A stretch of DNA of 32,865 bases from Octopus bimaculoides (lineage: Eukaryota), in contig NC_068982.1 in assembly GCF_001194135.2 (NCBI RefSeq), forward strand, positions 91,700,401 to 91,733,265. Direction: 5' to 3'. Every line of letters begins with the position of its first letter. Position 1 is the first letter of the stretch. This document shows, piece after piece, positions 21,805 through 32,814 of this stretch. Both the position numbers and the translations under genes were made by a program. The notes under the pieces are model-generated. The model worked only from the letters and a program-made list of their open reading frames with translations. It searched no databases and was not told the origin of the DNA.

Positions 21805-21990
21805 AGTTGGCTGAAACGTTAAGTAATTGGCAGAAATGTTAAATAATTATCGTGATATTTGCACTAGCTCTTTACGTGCAGAGTTCAAGTCTTACTAGAG
21901 CCAACTTTAGTTTTCATCCTTTCGAGATCGATAAACTAAAGTACCAGTCAGGTACTGGTCCATTTAATCGACTATCCCCTATATCCAAAT
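21805..21990 (+). mobile_element. SINE family A, decayed
   Basis: tttacgtgcagagttcaag...ttttcatcctttcgagatcgataaactaaagtaccagtcaggtactgg...aatcgact, followed by an (ATT)n tail. Confidence 0.7.
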
Positions 21991-22834
21991 TTCAGGCTTT
22001 ATTATTATTATCATTATGTTACTAAATTGGTCCAGAGAATTCTCCATATTTTTTAATGTGACTGAACAAAGAAATTTTCATTTTGGTTATCTTTTCAAAC
22101 ACGAACTGCAACTGAACATTTGAAATGTCCCTTGCTTGTACCGGGGTTAGATAACGTGTTCTTTTTCTTTTTAAATATTTCCATTTATTTATTTTACCAT
22201 CAAATTATGGCTTCTTCTTATGCAGATTTCGCCCTCAAGAGTAATTACATTGAACAATGCCAAACAGCTATCAAACAAAAATGTCAAAATACTATTAATA
22301 AACACACAAACAAATAAATGGCAGAAATGTTTTTTTTTAATAATGACATTTCCACTAAAAGAAACCGTTTAGCAATCAAGACGTTTTACAACAATCACAT
22401 TAATGCACACTCATACTCTGTTGAACGAAAATGTGGCGAAATATAATAACAAAACGCCATCGTTTTGCAAGTGTTATTACGAATAAGATGAAACAAAATA
22501 TGGAACATTTTACCGAAAGAACCAAACCAGGGCAACACTTTATTCACAAAACGGGTCCCGTCTTGTCACGATCTCTAACGTAATTACACAAAAAGAAGAA
22601 AGTAAGATACCTGTGCCTAACCAAATCTACGCTGGGTTTCCTTGTTCCATCCATTAAAAATTACAGACAACCCTAGTATACATATTTAGTGAGAGATGGG
22701 GGTATATGGTATCATGTGGGTGGTTTTTAAAACGGGAGATGTGGTAAAAGGGCATGCATATATTGTCCGAAACACACCAGCCCGTGAACATATCCTAAAA
22801 TGCACACACCACACGCGTACCTATGAACGCACGT

Positions 22835-22838
<4 letters not shown>

Positions 22839-22882
<44 letters not shown>

Positions 22883-22895
22883 TAATAATAACAAC

Positions 22896-22985
<90 letters not shown>
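22839..22985. repeat. (TA)n followed by a long (AAT)n microsatellite
   Basis: Direct reading. Confidence 0.98.
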
Positions 22986-22990
22986 TTTAA

Positions 22991-23173
22991 CCTTAAAGCT
23001 TATAAGCGATCACCATGCAATGACTAAGGTTATTGGTCTAATATTGGGACACATAAGCCCTCGACGGAAGAAAAGTAGGGCTTCCTTTACGCATGGGACT
23101 CGAACCCACAGTTCTATATATTCACGAATATTTACCTTAGTCAATGCACAGTGATCACTTATAAGCTTTAAGT
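22991..23173. mobile_element. Foldback MITE, possibly piggyBac-type
   Basis: 39-bp arms at 22992-23030 and 23134-23172 with 4 mismatches (cttaaagcttataag.gatcac..tgca.tgactaaggt). Left flank is TTAA-CC; the right flank is degenerate. Confidence 0.6.
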
Positions 23174-23227
23174 TTATAAATATTATTATTTGCAGAAGTG
23201 TAAAATACGGCACCGTTTACCAAATAC

Positions 23228-23262
23228 TCGCATACATAAATACATACATACATACATACATA
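23228..23262. repeat. (TACA)n microsatellite
   Basis: Direct reading. Confidence 0.95.
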
Positions 23263-23588
23263 CATACATACATACATACATACATACATACATACATACC
23301 TATATATATAATAATATAGATTTAATCAAAAGATTAAATGTGGTACTTAAAATGTTTGAGGCACCAGAATTTGGTAGGGTAAAAACCAAAAACAAAATCA
23401 AGAGATTTGGTGAATAAAATTTGAAGAAAAGCAACAAAAATTCAATAGGTTATAGCAGTACGTACGTTTCGTACAAACTTCATTTATTCATCTAGTGAGA
23501 ACACTACATAAAATGTGTAATGAAAATGTACTCCTCAGCTGCATAATGGAATTTCATTTTAGAAAGTTATTTTGTAGATGTGTGCTGT

Positions 23589-24615
23589 TATTTCCAGCAG
23601 GTAGACATACTTAGTATGTCCTGTGATTAATTTTAATCCTTCAGCTTTTTAATGCTTTTTGGACCTGCAATCGCCTATATTATTGATTCTGTTATTGTCA
23701 TTTTTAATTGCTACGCTAGATAGTAATAGAGTCAATAATATCTTCGCAAATATTTTCTCTTGAATTATTTGCTTCCTATTGAAATTATTTTCACACTGGT
23801 GGCTGCCATGTTTCGGCGCAAAACGAATAGTTTCAGTGCAGACTTCAACGTGACAGGTCGTGGCTTTCCATCATGGTAACGCGTGCTGAGGAAGGTGAGG
23901 CTATAATGCCAGTCCAGAAATCGGTCCACGTGAGTCCAAATACTTGACTGTATGCTGAGAGATTATCCTAGCCCGTTTTCCCGCAGACTCTTGATTCCTG
24001 TAGTTATCGTCAGTTTTTTCGGCGATTTAAATAAGAGTTTTGACTTTTATTTTCAGCAGGTAGATATACTTGGTATGTCTTTTGATTAATTTTAATCCTT
24101 CAGCTAGTTAATGCATTTTGAACCTGCAATCGCCTATATTATTGACTCTGTCTGTTATTACCTCCGCCTTAGCGAAGGCAGAGGTATTGTTTTCAGTCAT
24201 GTTTGTTTGTTTGTCCGTGGAGAACATATCTCAAGAACTGCTGGATGGATTCGGATGAAATTTTCAGGGATGTTCGACCTCGTGACTGGCACGAACTGAT
24301 TATGTTTTGGGATTGATCCGGTACAGGACAATGATTCTGGACTATTTTTCCTATTTCTTTTACTTCGTTTTTGAGAGCGGTCGGGTTCATTTTTAGTATT
24401 CTCGTTTGTGAGAGCAGTCGAGTTTATTTAAGATATTCTCATTTTAAAAATCATCTCCGGCTAATCGTTGAGAGTACGTTGGTGTTGCTTTAGCAGAGGT
24501 TTGCACTCTCTGAGTGCTCTTGTTATGATTTTTAATTGTTACACTAGATAATAATAGAGTTAATACGTTTATTTCCAGCAGGTAGACATTCTTGGTATGT
24601 CCTTTGATTAATTTT
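23589..24615 (+). repeat. Dispersed direct repeat (~150-170 bp unit; copies at ~23589, ~24048 and partial ~24569)
   Basis: Each copy starts tattt(c/t)cagcaggtaga.at.ctt.gtatgtc.t.tgattaatttta. Copies 1 and 2 share atccttcagct...acctgcaatcgcctatattattga.tctg and atttttaattg.tac.ctagata.taatagagt.aata. Confidence 0.85.
24157..24524 (+). mobile_element. Complete HINE/Helentron-associated element (~370 bp)
   Basis: 5' subterminal repeat cctccgccttag, (GTTT)n, core ggatggattcggatgaaattttcagg, 3' subterminal repeat tagcagagg, 3' hairpin GCACTC-tct-GAGTGC (24503-24517), T-rich ends. Confidence 0.8.
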
Positions 24616-24637
24616 ATATGTGTATATATATTCATTT

Positions 24638-25213
24638 ATAGTTTCGACGGCTGTGGCAGCCACTGGAAAGTCTCCGCTCGTTTTTGTGCCTTCGAATGTT
24701 AAAATACACTCCCAGCAATGTATTAGTGACATTCTGGAAGCTGAACTGGGCGAATGAGCACTTTCAAGACGCACCTTGGAGCCTCCAACAGGACTCGGCA
24801 CCATCCCACAGCTCCGAGCAGACATAACAGTGGATTCAGAAAAAAATATTCTGTCGTTCATAGGCAAGGATGTATGGCCCTCAAGATGCCTCGATCTTAA
24901 CCCGTTGAATTTTTCAGTTTGGTCCATTTTGAAGACGAAGATTTTGAGCACTCCTCATGCTGTTCTGAACACTCTGAAGGTAAAACTGCGCCAGGAATGG
25001 GCTTCAATTTTGCAAGAACAGCTGCGTGTGAAGCATTCGCACCTAGACTTAAGGGTGTGATTCGAAACAGAGGTGGTCATATTGAATAAATGTCGGTAGT
25101 GTCATAACTGTGTTTCCTTTACTATTGCACTGCAACGCTCAGACATGAAATATAACTATACTGTGCTTTGGCAAAATTGAAAAGAGTTGGTTGCCTTAAT
25201 TTTAGTTCACCCT
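24638..25213 (+). mobile_element. maT/DD37D (Bmmar1-like) transposon 3' fragment
   Basis: AVAATGKSPLVFVPSNVK...ISDILEAEL, LQQDSAPSH, WPSRCLDLNPLNFSVWSILKTK. About 37 codons separate QQD from the decayed third D once one frameshift is corrected. It ends in agttcaccct at the gap (TIR cagggtg...). Confidence 0.8.
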
Positions 25214-25402
25214 NNNNNNNNNNNNNNNNNNNNNNNNNNNNNNNNNNNNNNNNNNNNNNNNNNNNNNNNNNNNNNNNNNNNNNNNNNNNNNNNNNNNNNN
25301 NNNNNNNNNNNNNNNNNNNNNNNNNNNNNNNNNNNNNNNNNNNNNNNNNNNNNNNNNNNNNNNNNNNNNNNNNNNNNNNNNNNNNNNNNNNNNNNNNNNN
25401 NN
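25214..25402. other. Assembly gap (189 N)
   Basis: N run in the sequence. Confidence 1.
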
Positions 25403-25441
<39 letters not shown>

Positions 25442-25602
25442 AATATATATTTACACATGCATATATCTTATATATACGCTGTGTATATGTGTATGTATGT
25501 ATGTATGTATGCATGTATATGTGTATGTATGCCTGTATGTATGTATGTATGTATGTATTATGTATGTATGTAGGCATGCAGTATGCATACATGTATGTAT
25601 GT
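25403..25602. repeat. (AT)n and degenerate (TATG)n microsatellite
   Basis: Direct reading. Confidence 0.95.
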
Positions 25603-26369
25603 AAGCATAATCAAACGTATAAATTAAGAACAATGGAAAGTTTCACATCGCATCTGTACCTCTAGGTCAGAAACACTTGGTAAACATCTTAACTACTGAA
25701 CCACCCACACATTTTAGTTATTTATTTATTCTGAGACAACCTTTTAAGCCGATAGCTATCGCTTCTTGAATAAATTACAAATACTTGCCACCATTGGCTG
25801 ATCATACGGTTAAGTGCGTAGCTATACTTCTCATTGAGCAATAGATTTCCTTAAAGACTTTGATATACGAGTAAGTAGATCCTTGAACACTGTTACACTC
25901 TTCCTTATTAAACTTCAAAGACAATTCTATTATTTTTAAGTTCAAGTATGATAACTAAATGTGGACTAAGTATGTCATGATTGCGTGAGTTAGGAATTAT
26001 TCACCGTATACATTATTTCATTTCTTTTGCAAGTGATTAATGAAACTTCTATTGAAATTTGATTTACGATAGGAAAGGTTTTAAACATTCTGATAATTGA
26101 TCCAACACATAGTATGCGATGTATGAGTATGGTTGAATGAGTAGCAGAAGAGGAACAGCAGAATTACCAATAATGTTGTCTATATTAATAAATAAATGGT
26201 AGTTCCTATGTTAAGAATGGGAACCCTTTGTCTGTCGATGAAATATCTTCTCTATTCAAAGTTGAGGCGGCTACTGATGAAGTCGCTAAAACCAATATAC
26301 ATAAAGAAAACAAAAGCACAACATAAGACTAAAACAGTAATTTAAGTAACATATCTATATTTTGTAATG

Positions 26370-26624
26370 CAGGTATTCCCGCGTTATGGAAGCATTGTGG
26401 TTTTAATAATATTGTTGTAACGTGGCAATATTATTGCGAAAACTACTTACCCATTGGTTTCTATGTTAGAATGTGCATGAATATGGGAAAATGAGCACGA
26501 AATGAACGTGGAATAAACATGGAATAAACATAGAGCATAGAAAAAATGCCTATCGCGTTACGGAACTCCGCGTTGCGGTAAAATTTTCAGGAACTTGACG
26601 CTTCCTTAACGTAGAGAAAACTTG
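26370..26624. mobile_element. Decayed pogo/Tigger-type MITE
   Basis: Imperfect TIRs caggtattcccgcgttatgg / ccttaacgtagagaaaacttg-TA, with internal cgcgttacgg/cgcgttgcgg repeats. Confidence 0.45.
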
Positions 26625-26949
26625 TAATTCGTCATTATTTTTCTCAACACAGATACACAATCACATATTCTTTTGTGCTTGAAACTCAACTCTCGTACTA
26701 TACAAATTTTCCATTCAGTATTTTTCAATCTGCGGAATACTAGTGCTTAAATGATAAAAAAAAAAAAAACTAACGCTTCCACGAGGAAAGCTATAAATAC
26801 AAACCAAAGTTTTAAAGTTCAATTTTTTTTTAAGTGCATAAAATGATTGCTTACCTTGTTTTTATTAATCGTATTTGTGTATAACAAAATTATAAATAAA
26901 CTAAAACGTTTTTCAAGGCATTCAAGCTTTAGAATGACTTTTCTAAAGC

Positions 26950-27440
26950 CTGATTTTCATCATCATTAGGTGTCGTCTGCTTTCAGCAGATTGAACATCA
27001 TGGATCTCCATTAGGATCCATTTTTTTTTTTTAATATTCTTACGCATTCACCATATGATAATTTGTCCAGTCCTTGATATTATCAAACCAGTTTATTTTT
27101 GAGGTCTTCCTCTCGAGTTTTTGCCATTTATCTTTCCTTCTAGTACTTTAGCATCCTTTTTTGTAAATAATTGAGAGTAATGATTGTTTTGCATTTGCTA
27201 GTTGTAACATTTCTTCATTAGTTTTGTTTTGTCCGAGACATTCTTAACATTCTTCCATATGTCCACATTTCAAAAGCTTCTTGTTGGCCAGAGTTTTCGT
27301 CAGTGCCCATATTTCTTCACCATATGTTATGGACCGTATATAATAACCTAAAATTATATATTTTAAAAATCTACAGTGCACATACCTAGCAGCAGTACTT
27401 CAAAACTCTTCTGTTCTTCGACTTCTATCAAATATTTAAA
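26950..27440 (-). mobile_element. RTE-clade LINE 3' fragment
   Basis: ITYGEEIWALTK, KTNEEMLQLANAKQSLL, VLEGKINGK..RGRP, followed by a short (GAT)n-like tail. Confidence 0.8.
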
Positions 27441-28107
27441 TGGCTCGTCACAGAAACAGGCACAAACGAACTAGAATTGGGTAAAGTGTAGCTCCTACAT
27501 CATTTGTTAAATGAAAATTTACAATTTAAAACCATAGGGAAAATTCTTAAATGGTATATAACAAATTTCTAATAATGGAATAGCTACTGTTGCTAAATGA
27601 TGGTGAATAAAACTTTAAATGGATTGACGATGAAAAGTAAAGAGAAAGTTTTTGTAATTTAATCCCTTGGCACTAATTCATAAAATTACTCGCAATACAC
27701 ATTTTGCATGCTGTAATAGTGAATTTCATCAGAACGCCATGCTTTAGATAGTAGTCGTCATCATCACAAAGATATCAGTACAACTCATCATCATCATCAT
27801 AAGCACATTCAGTACCTTTCGCCGGAAATCAATAAGACACTAGTTGCCATTATCACTCTCTTTAGCAATAACACCAAATCTGTAAAAAGCAGACTAGATG
27901 GCAATGGCTACAAGAATATTCCATTGTGGTAACAAATCTCCACTTTATACGAAATTTATTATTCATAATTTAGTTATTCAAAAGAGCCATCAAATAGCAT
28001 TTTTACTATTAGTGGCCATATTGTTTTAATGTTTACTTATTTCGAGGAGCTGGGATATCTGAGCGAGGTTAATGAAACAAATGTACACTTTGAGCTGAAG
28101 TTTACTA

Positions 28108-29336
28108 TTGCTTGACCAAAAAGTCCGTTCGGTTTTCTAAGCAAAAAGTAAGATACAAATTTTAAACACAAAGTTATTTATTTAATAAATGATAAAACCA
28201 CAGTTTCATTCCAGTATCTTCTCCCATCTTGTCGATAGATCCATTATTCCCTGCTCAAAGAATTTCCTGTCTTTAATAGCGCTACGCTCTTCCAGGTGAA
28301 TTTTTTCATCCTCTTCAGGGCTGAATGTCTGATCATTCAATGAATTTTGAACAGGGTGAAATAAGAGGAAATCATAAGGTGCAAGATCGGGCGAATATAG
28401 AGGGTGCGGCAAAGCTTCCCAGTGAAACTCCAGTAACTTCTGTCGCATCTGCAAAGACGTGTGTGGTCTGTTGTGATGAATGACAACACCTTTACGATTA
28501 GCAGGTGCAGGACGCTTGAGATAGATCGCAGTTTAATTTGTCCTGCTTGTCACAATACACATCCGAATTGATGATCCTGTCCATAGGAGAAAGCCAACAC
28601 CCTTTGAATCCCACGAAATTGAAAGCATAACTTTCTTCGGGCGAAGTCCTGCTTTGGAGGTTGTTTGTGGTAGTTCACCACGCTTCCACCGTGATCGTTT
28701 GTGCTTTACATTATATTTCTCGTCCTCTGTAACCATTCTCTTCAGAAAAGAATCGTTTTCTTCACGTTTCGGCAACAAATCACAGATGGAAATCTGCTGC
28801 GAGAGATTAGCCTCATTCAATTGGTGTGGCTAATCGAGTCTGCTGACCTAACCAAGTTGATACAGTTGTTTTTCAAAACACGACTCGGATATTTGGCGAA
28901 TATCTGTGATTATCCTGGACGTATAACAAGTGTTGGTGTCGAATAACTCCTTCATTTTGTTGTTATTAATCTCAGTTGGTTGGCCAGAACGAGGTGCATC
29001 TTGAACCGAAAAATTTTCCAACTGAAATCTTGAAAACCACTTCCGTTCCATAACAACATCCTCTCTATTACACAGTGCATATCGTCCTACTGGTTTTCGC
29101 TGCTTTCTTACTTTAAAAAGTAAGATAAAACAAAATAGCATGCGGTGTCTATAATGTTCGTTTCGGTTCTCCATTTTTAGCATGAGCCCAAGTACACAAA
29201 ATACAACTTGTCTCGTCGCAAGTTCGCGTAGAACTATTTTGAAGTGTCAAGAATCTAGTGAGTATGCATGCATAAGATAAGGATTAATTGAAGTCTAGTG
29301 TCGACAAAAACAAAACGGACTTTGGTGGGAGACCAA
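28108..29336 (-). mobile_element. Mariner DNA transposon, mellifera-like subfamily, 1229 bp, inactivated
   Basis: TA-ttgcttgaccaaaaagtccgtt ... aacggactttggtgggagaccaa-TA. Transposase pieces MENRNEHYRHRMLF, WFSRFQLENFSVQDAPRSGQP, QISICDLLPKREENDSFLKRMVTEDEK, HPLYSPDLAPYDFLLF, FFEQGIMDLSTRWEK. Confidence 0.93.
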
Positions 29337-29404
29337 TATTTGGCGGAAATTGTCGTTGCTGTCATCGTGGTCGTTGTGGTCATCTTTGTTGCTGTTGATG
29401 TTTA

Positions 29405-29600
29405 AATCCACATCACCCTCATTGAGCAGACCTGTGATCAGTGGCATTCCAGTCGTGACTATTCTGTCGATCTCGGCGTATCTTAGGTTACGTTATGAAA
29501 TGTGTGTTTTTCTCTTTTCTAAGACGGTGGGATGTGATTTGAGGAAGATCATGCAGTTATATTTCTAGCTGACCGGCGACCACATTGAAGCTCTCTTAGC
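29405..29600 (-). mobile_element. Repeat family B copy
   Basis: cattgagcagacctgtgatcagtggcattccagtcgtgact...aagacggtgggatgtgatttgagg...ttatatttctagc. Confidence 0.6.
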
Positions 29601-29911
29601 AAGACATGACGTGCAACAAACAAGTGCAAAGTATTTGTTTAATATCGGATCTTATATAATACTTAGTACTAAATACCAGTGAGTAATGAGTTTAATTTGA
29701 TGTGTGTTAATCGCCATTTAATTAACCACACCAAAAACAGTTTTCAAAGAGGTTGGGTAATGTAGTGACTTCTTTCAGATCTATTTTTACTACTTGGATG
29801 ATAATAGGTATTAAATTTTATGACTATATAATAAAATTACTGAGTAGTGATGAGAGGGTAGAAATAGATGCTTCTCTAGTTCACAGGCTAACACTCGCAT
29901 TTCATTGTCCG

Positions 29912-30045
29912 AAGGCTCGTGGCCCAGTGGTTAGAGTATTGGGCTCCACGATCATATGATTGTGGATTCGCTTCTTGTATCAGATGACGCGTTGTGCCTT
30001 TCTGCGAGACTCCTCGTTTCTAGTTGCTCCAGCCTATCATCTGAA
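29912..30045 (+). mobile_element. SINE family D, decayed
   Basis: A box TGGCCCAGTGG (29920-30), cacgatc, gtggattcgcttc (B-box-like), gcgttgtgcc, gttgctccag. Confidence 0.65.
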
Positions 30046-30261
30046 CATCAGTGTCAGCCAAGTGTTTTATTCATATTATAAAGCGTACGTTAAATGACCA
30101 TCGCATCTAACTACAACTAGGATCAGGCTGTAACGGAAGCAACTGAAAATTGTGGTCAAAGGATGAATACAAAATCTGCACAGCTTCCAATTTATTGATC
30201 TTACTTTTCTTTATTTGTTCGGTCTAGAGGAAGATGTTGCGCCCATGTCCTCTGCAACCCC

Positions 30262-30423
30262 TAATAATCCTTTCTAATATAGGCACAAGGCCTGAAATTT
30301 TGGTGGGAGGACTGGTAAATTTTTGTCGATCCTGACGACATTTGAACTCTGAACGTAAAGTCGGAAGAAATGCCGCTATGAATTTTGTCCGATGAGGTAA
30401 CGATTCTGCCAGCTCATCACCTT
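30262..30423 (-). mobile_element. SINE family A with an internal deletion
   Basis: Minus strand: aggtgatgagctggcagaatcgtt...agcggcatttcttccgactttacgttcagagttcaaat...aaaatttcaggccttgtgcctatattagaaagg. Confidence 0.75.
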
Positions 30424-30429
30424 GCAGCC

Positions 30430-30590
30430 CCCAACAACACATCCTATTGTCTTACAAAGAAAATACATTGGATAATGAAGTCCTTGATACACTATGCCTG
30501 ATCAAAGACAGGAAGGTTATGGTTGAAACACTTTTGATCATTGGTGTGCTTGACTAAGGATGACCGGGTGTTAAATAACAACAGCTTATA
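30430..30590 (+). mobile_element. Repeat family B 3' part
   Basis: acattggataatgaagtccttgatacactatgcctga...ttttgatcattggtgtgct...gttaaataacaac. Confidence 0.55.
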
Positions 30591-30884
30591 CAAAATACTT
30601 TACTGATAAAATCCACTCACCCATCAAAACTAGGGTGACCCATCCCTCTGAGATCACTTATGCAGCCCTCCCACTCAATATAAATGAAATAACCTAACTA
30701 CCCAATACAAATTAAGATAACCTACCTACCCAACATCAATGCTATAATCTTCTCACGGAACATAAATCTAGAAGTGAGAATGAAGAATTTGAATGACATG
30801 GAATATGAAATAGATAAAAAGAATAGGTTGATGGGTGGGAAGGGATACAGTTAGGAACAATACAGACAGACGCATAAAGAGGGG

Positions 30885-30889
30885 TAGAT

Positions 30890-30922
<33 letters not shown>

Positions 30923-31048
30923 GGGGAAAGACAGAGATAGTGACGAGCGGACAGGCAAGAGGCAGAGATAAAATTGACACAGGGCGAGATGGAGAGAGCG
31001 AAAGAGATAGAGAGATAGAATGAGAGATCGACAGAGACAGAGACAGAG

Positions 31049-31099
<51 letters not shown>

Positions 31100-31135
31100 C
31101 AGAGAGACAGAGACAGAGAGGGAGAGTGGGAGAGA
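30885..31135. repeat. (CAGA)n and (GA)n/(GAGACA)n purine-rich microsatellite
   Basis: Direct reading. Confidence 0.95.
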
Positions 31136-31825
31136 TGGAATACACTTTATGACTTAGACAACCGAATATTAAACTTGTATCCCGCCAACGTTATTTTTTT
31201 CCCTTCAACCAACGTGACAGCATAAAATGAACAATTGTTGACCAATCAAAAAAGGTGATTGTTATCTGAATAGTGGAAAGCAATACAATCGGTATCAACT
31301 TGAAACAACGTAGTGAGATTAATTATATTGACATGCATGTTCAGCTTCTCTTATCGTCTGCCATTTATATTTCTGTCGTTCTTTAAGTACATGTCGTAAC
31401 TTGCATAAAGTCGATGATAACTTCACTTTGTTGTTTTATTACATTTGCTTACATTTGGGGGCGTCTAATTTCTTGTTTTTCTTTTTTCTTTTTGGTGGCG
31501 ATTTTTGGGGAATATTTTTCTTGTTGCTTTTACAATATTCTTCGATCTATATCTATATTATCGTTTCTTTCATTTTTTTTTCTATAAACCATTCTTCCAT
31601 TTTCTCGTCACCACCAACAGCTGTCATTTGTATTGGTTAACCTAATGCCTGATCACCGGATTTTTGTAACGATTGTAATGGCTGGATAGATAAGTTGATG
31701 GCCTTTCGACAAAAGAAGTATGAGTTCGTATTTCATCGCTGACCAAAACAGACATCTGATTTCTCTTGTCAAGCTACTCAGCGAGTAACAGAGAAGAGCA
31801 GGGGAGGTAAATAGAGACAGAAGGA

Positions 31826-31841
31826 CAGTGAGTGAGTGTGT

Positions 31842-31908
<67 letters not shown>
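31826..31908. repeat. (GT)n(GA)n microsatellite
   Basis: Direct reading. Confidence 0.97.
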
Positions 31909-31911
<3 letters not shown>

Positions 31912-31974
31912 GAATTCGGTGACGATATACCGAACAGACATGGGTTTTTTTAACATTGTTTTATGAATATATTC

Positions 31975-32095
31975 TACTTTTACAAGAGGTGTGAAAGTAA
32001 CTTCTAAGTTTCCGTCTGCTAGCTTTCTTCACACAAACTGATGAAAGCTAGCAGGCTGACACTTCGAAGTCATTGTCATCCCCCTTGTAAAAGTA
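31975..32095. repeat. Compact inverted repeat (58-bp arms, 5-nt spacer) built from two degenerate hammerhead motifs
   Basis: The arm tacttttacaag...ctgctagctttc.tca (31975-32032) matches the reverse complement of 32038-32095. Plus strand: CTGATGA-A-AGC TAGCAG GCT-GACAC-TTCGAA-GTC. Confidence 0.75.
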
Positions 32096-32191
32096 TATTA
32101 AATAATTACTCTGTAAAAAGTATTTAGTAATCTTTCAGTTTAAAGTTAAATTGTTTTTATCATAACTCCACATAACGATATATATATATAT

Positions 32192-32420
32192 GGGAGAATT
32201 TACGAAAAAAGCAACAGACGAAGACAGGTGGTGTAAACAATAAATGGATGTATTAGTTTAACGCTCGGGAATAGAGAAAGTCTTTACCGTTTCGAGCTAC
32301 GCTCTTCAACTGAAAGGAACACAGAAAGAAATAGGGAGAGAAACAAGGAGAAAAAAATATATAAATGTAGTGGTCAGCGATCTATCATGGCGAAGGCATT
32401 TTCTATGATCTTTATATTCC
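32192..32420 (-). mobile_element. Penelope-like element 3' terminal segment with a degenerate hammerhead, abutting (TA)n
   Basis: Minus strand: CAGTTGA-A-GAGC GTA GCTC-GAAAC-G-GTA-AAG, then ...cccgagcgttaaactaatacatc...cacctgtcttcgtc...cgtaaattctccca-(TA)n. Confidence 0.6.
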
Positions 32421-32649
32421 CTCTCAGACAAGTGAGATTGATGTGGCTTATGCCTAGTCTAAACATTTGAATATATATAGACCGGTATCAAGCGTATCAT
32501 TTTCAGCAAAGCTCATTCCCTTAAGTTAATCTTCCATTGTCAGAAATATCTTTTTTAAACAGATTAAATGCAACATATCACAAATTATCTAACACATCGC
32601 TTAACTGAGACACAAAACCAACCTCGTTACATTCGAACGCAACATGAAA

Positions 32650-32756
32650 ATATCTAAAAGAAGCAACATACGTGCTTATACATATATACATACGTTCATA
32701 CATTCATACATACATACACGCTTACATACATATATATACATATACATGCATGCATA

Positions 32757-32814
<58 letters not shown>

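Noticed and set aside
23589-24615. Repeat-spacer-repeat layout suggestive of a CRISPR-like array
   Set aside because: The units are ~150 bp and diverged, the spacing is irregular and filled by a TE, the context is eukaryotic, and no cas genes are present.
31447-31640. Minus-strand GTAAGC donor preceded by a lysine-rich peptide (SPPKRKKKNKKLDAPK)
   Set aside because: In-frame stops lie just upstream, there is no polypyrimidine acceptor, and the peptide derives from A-runs.
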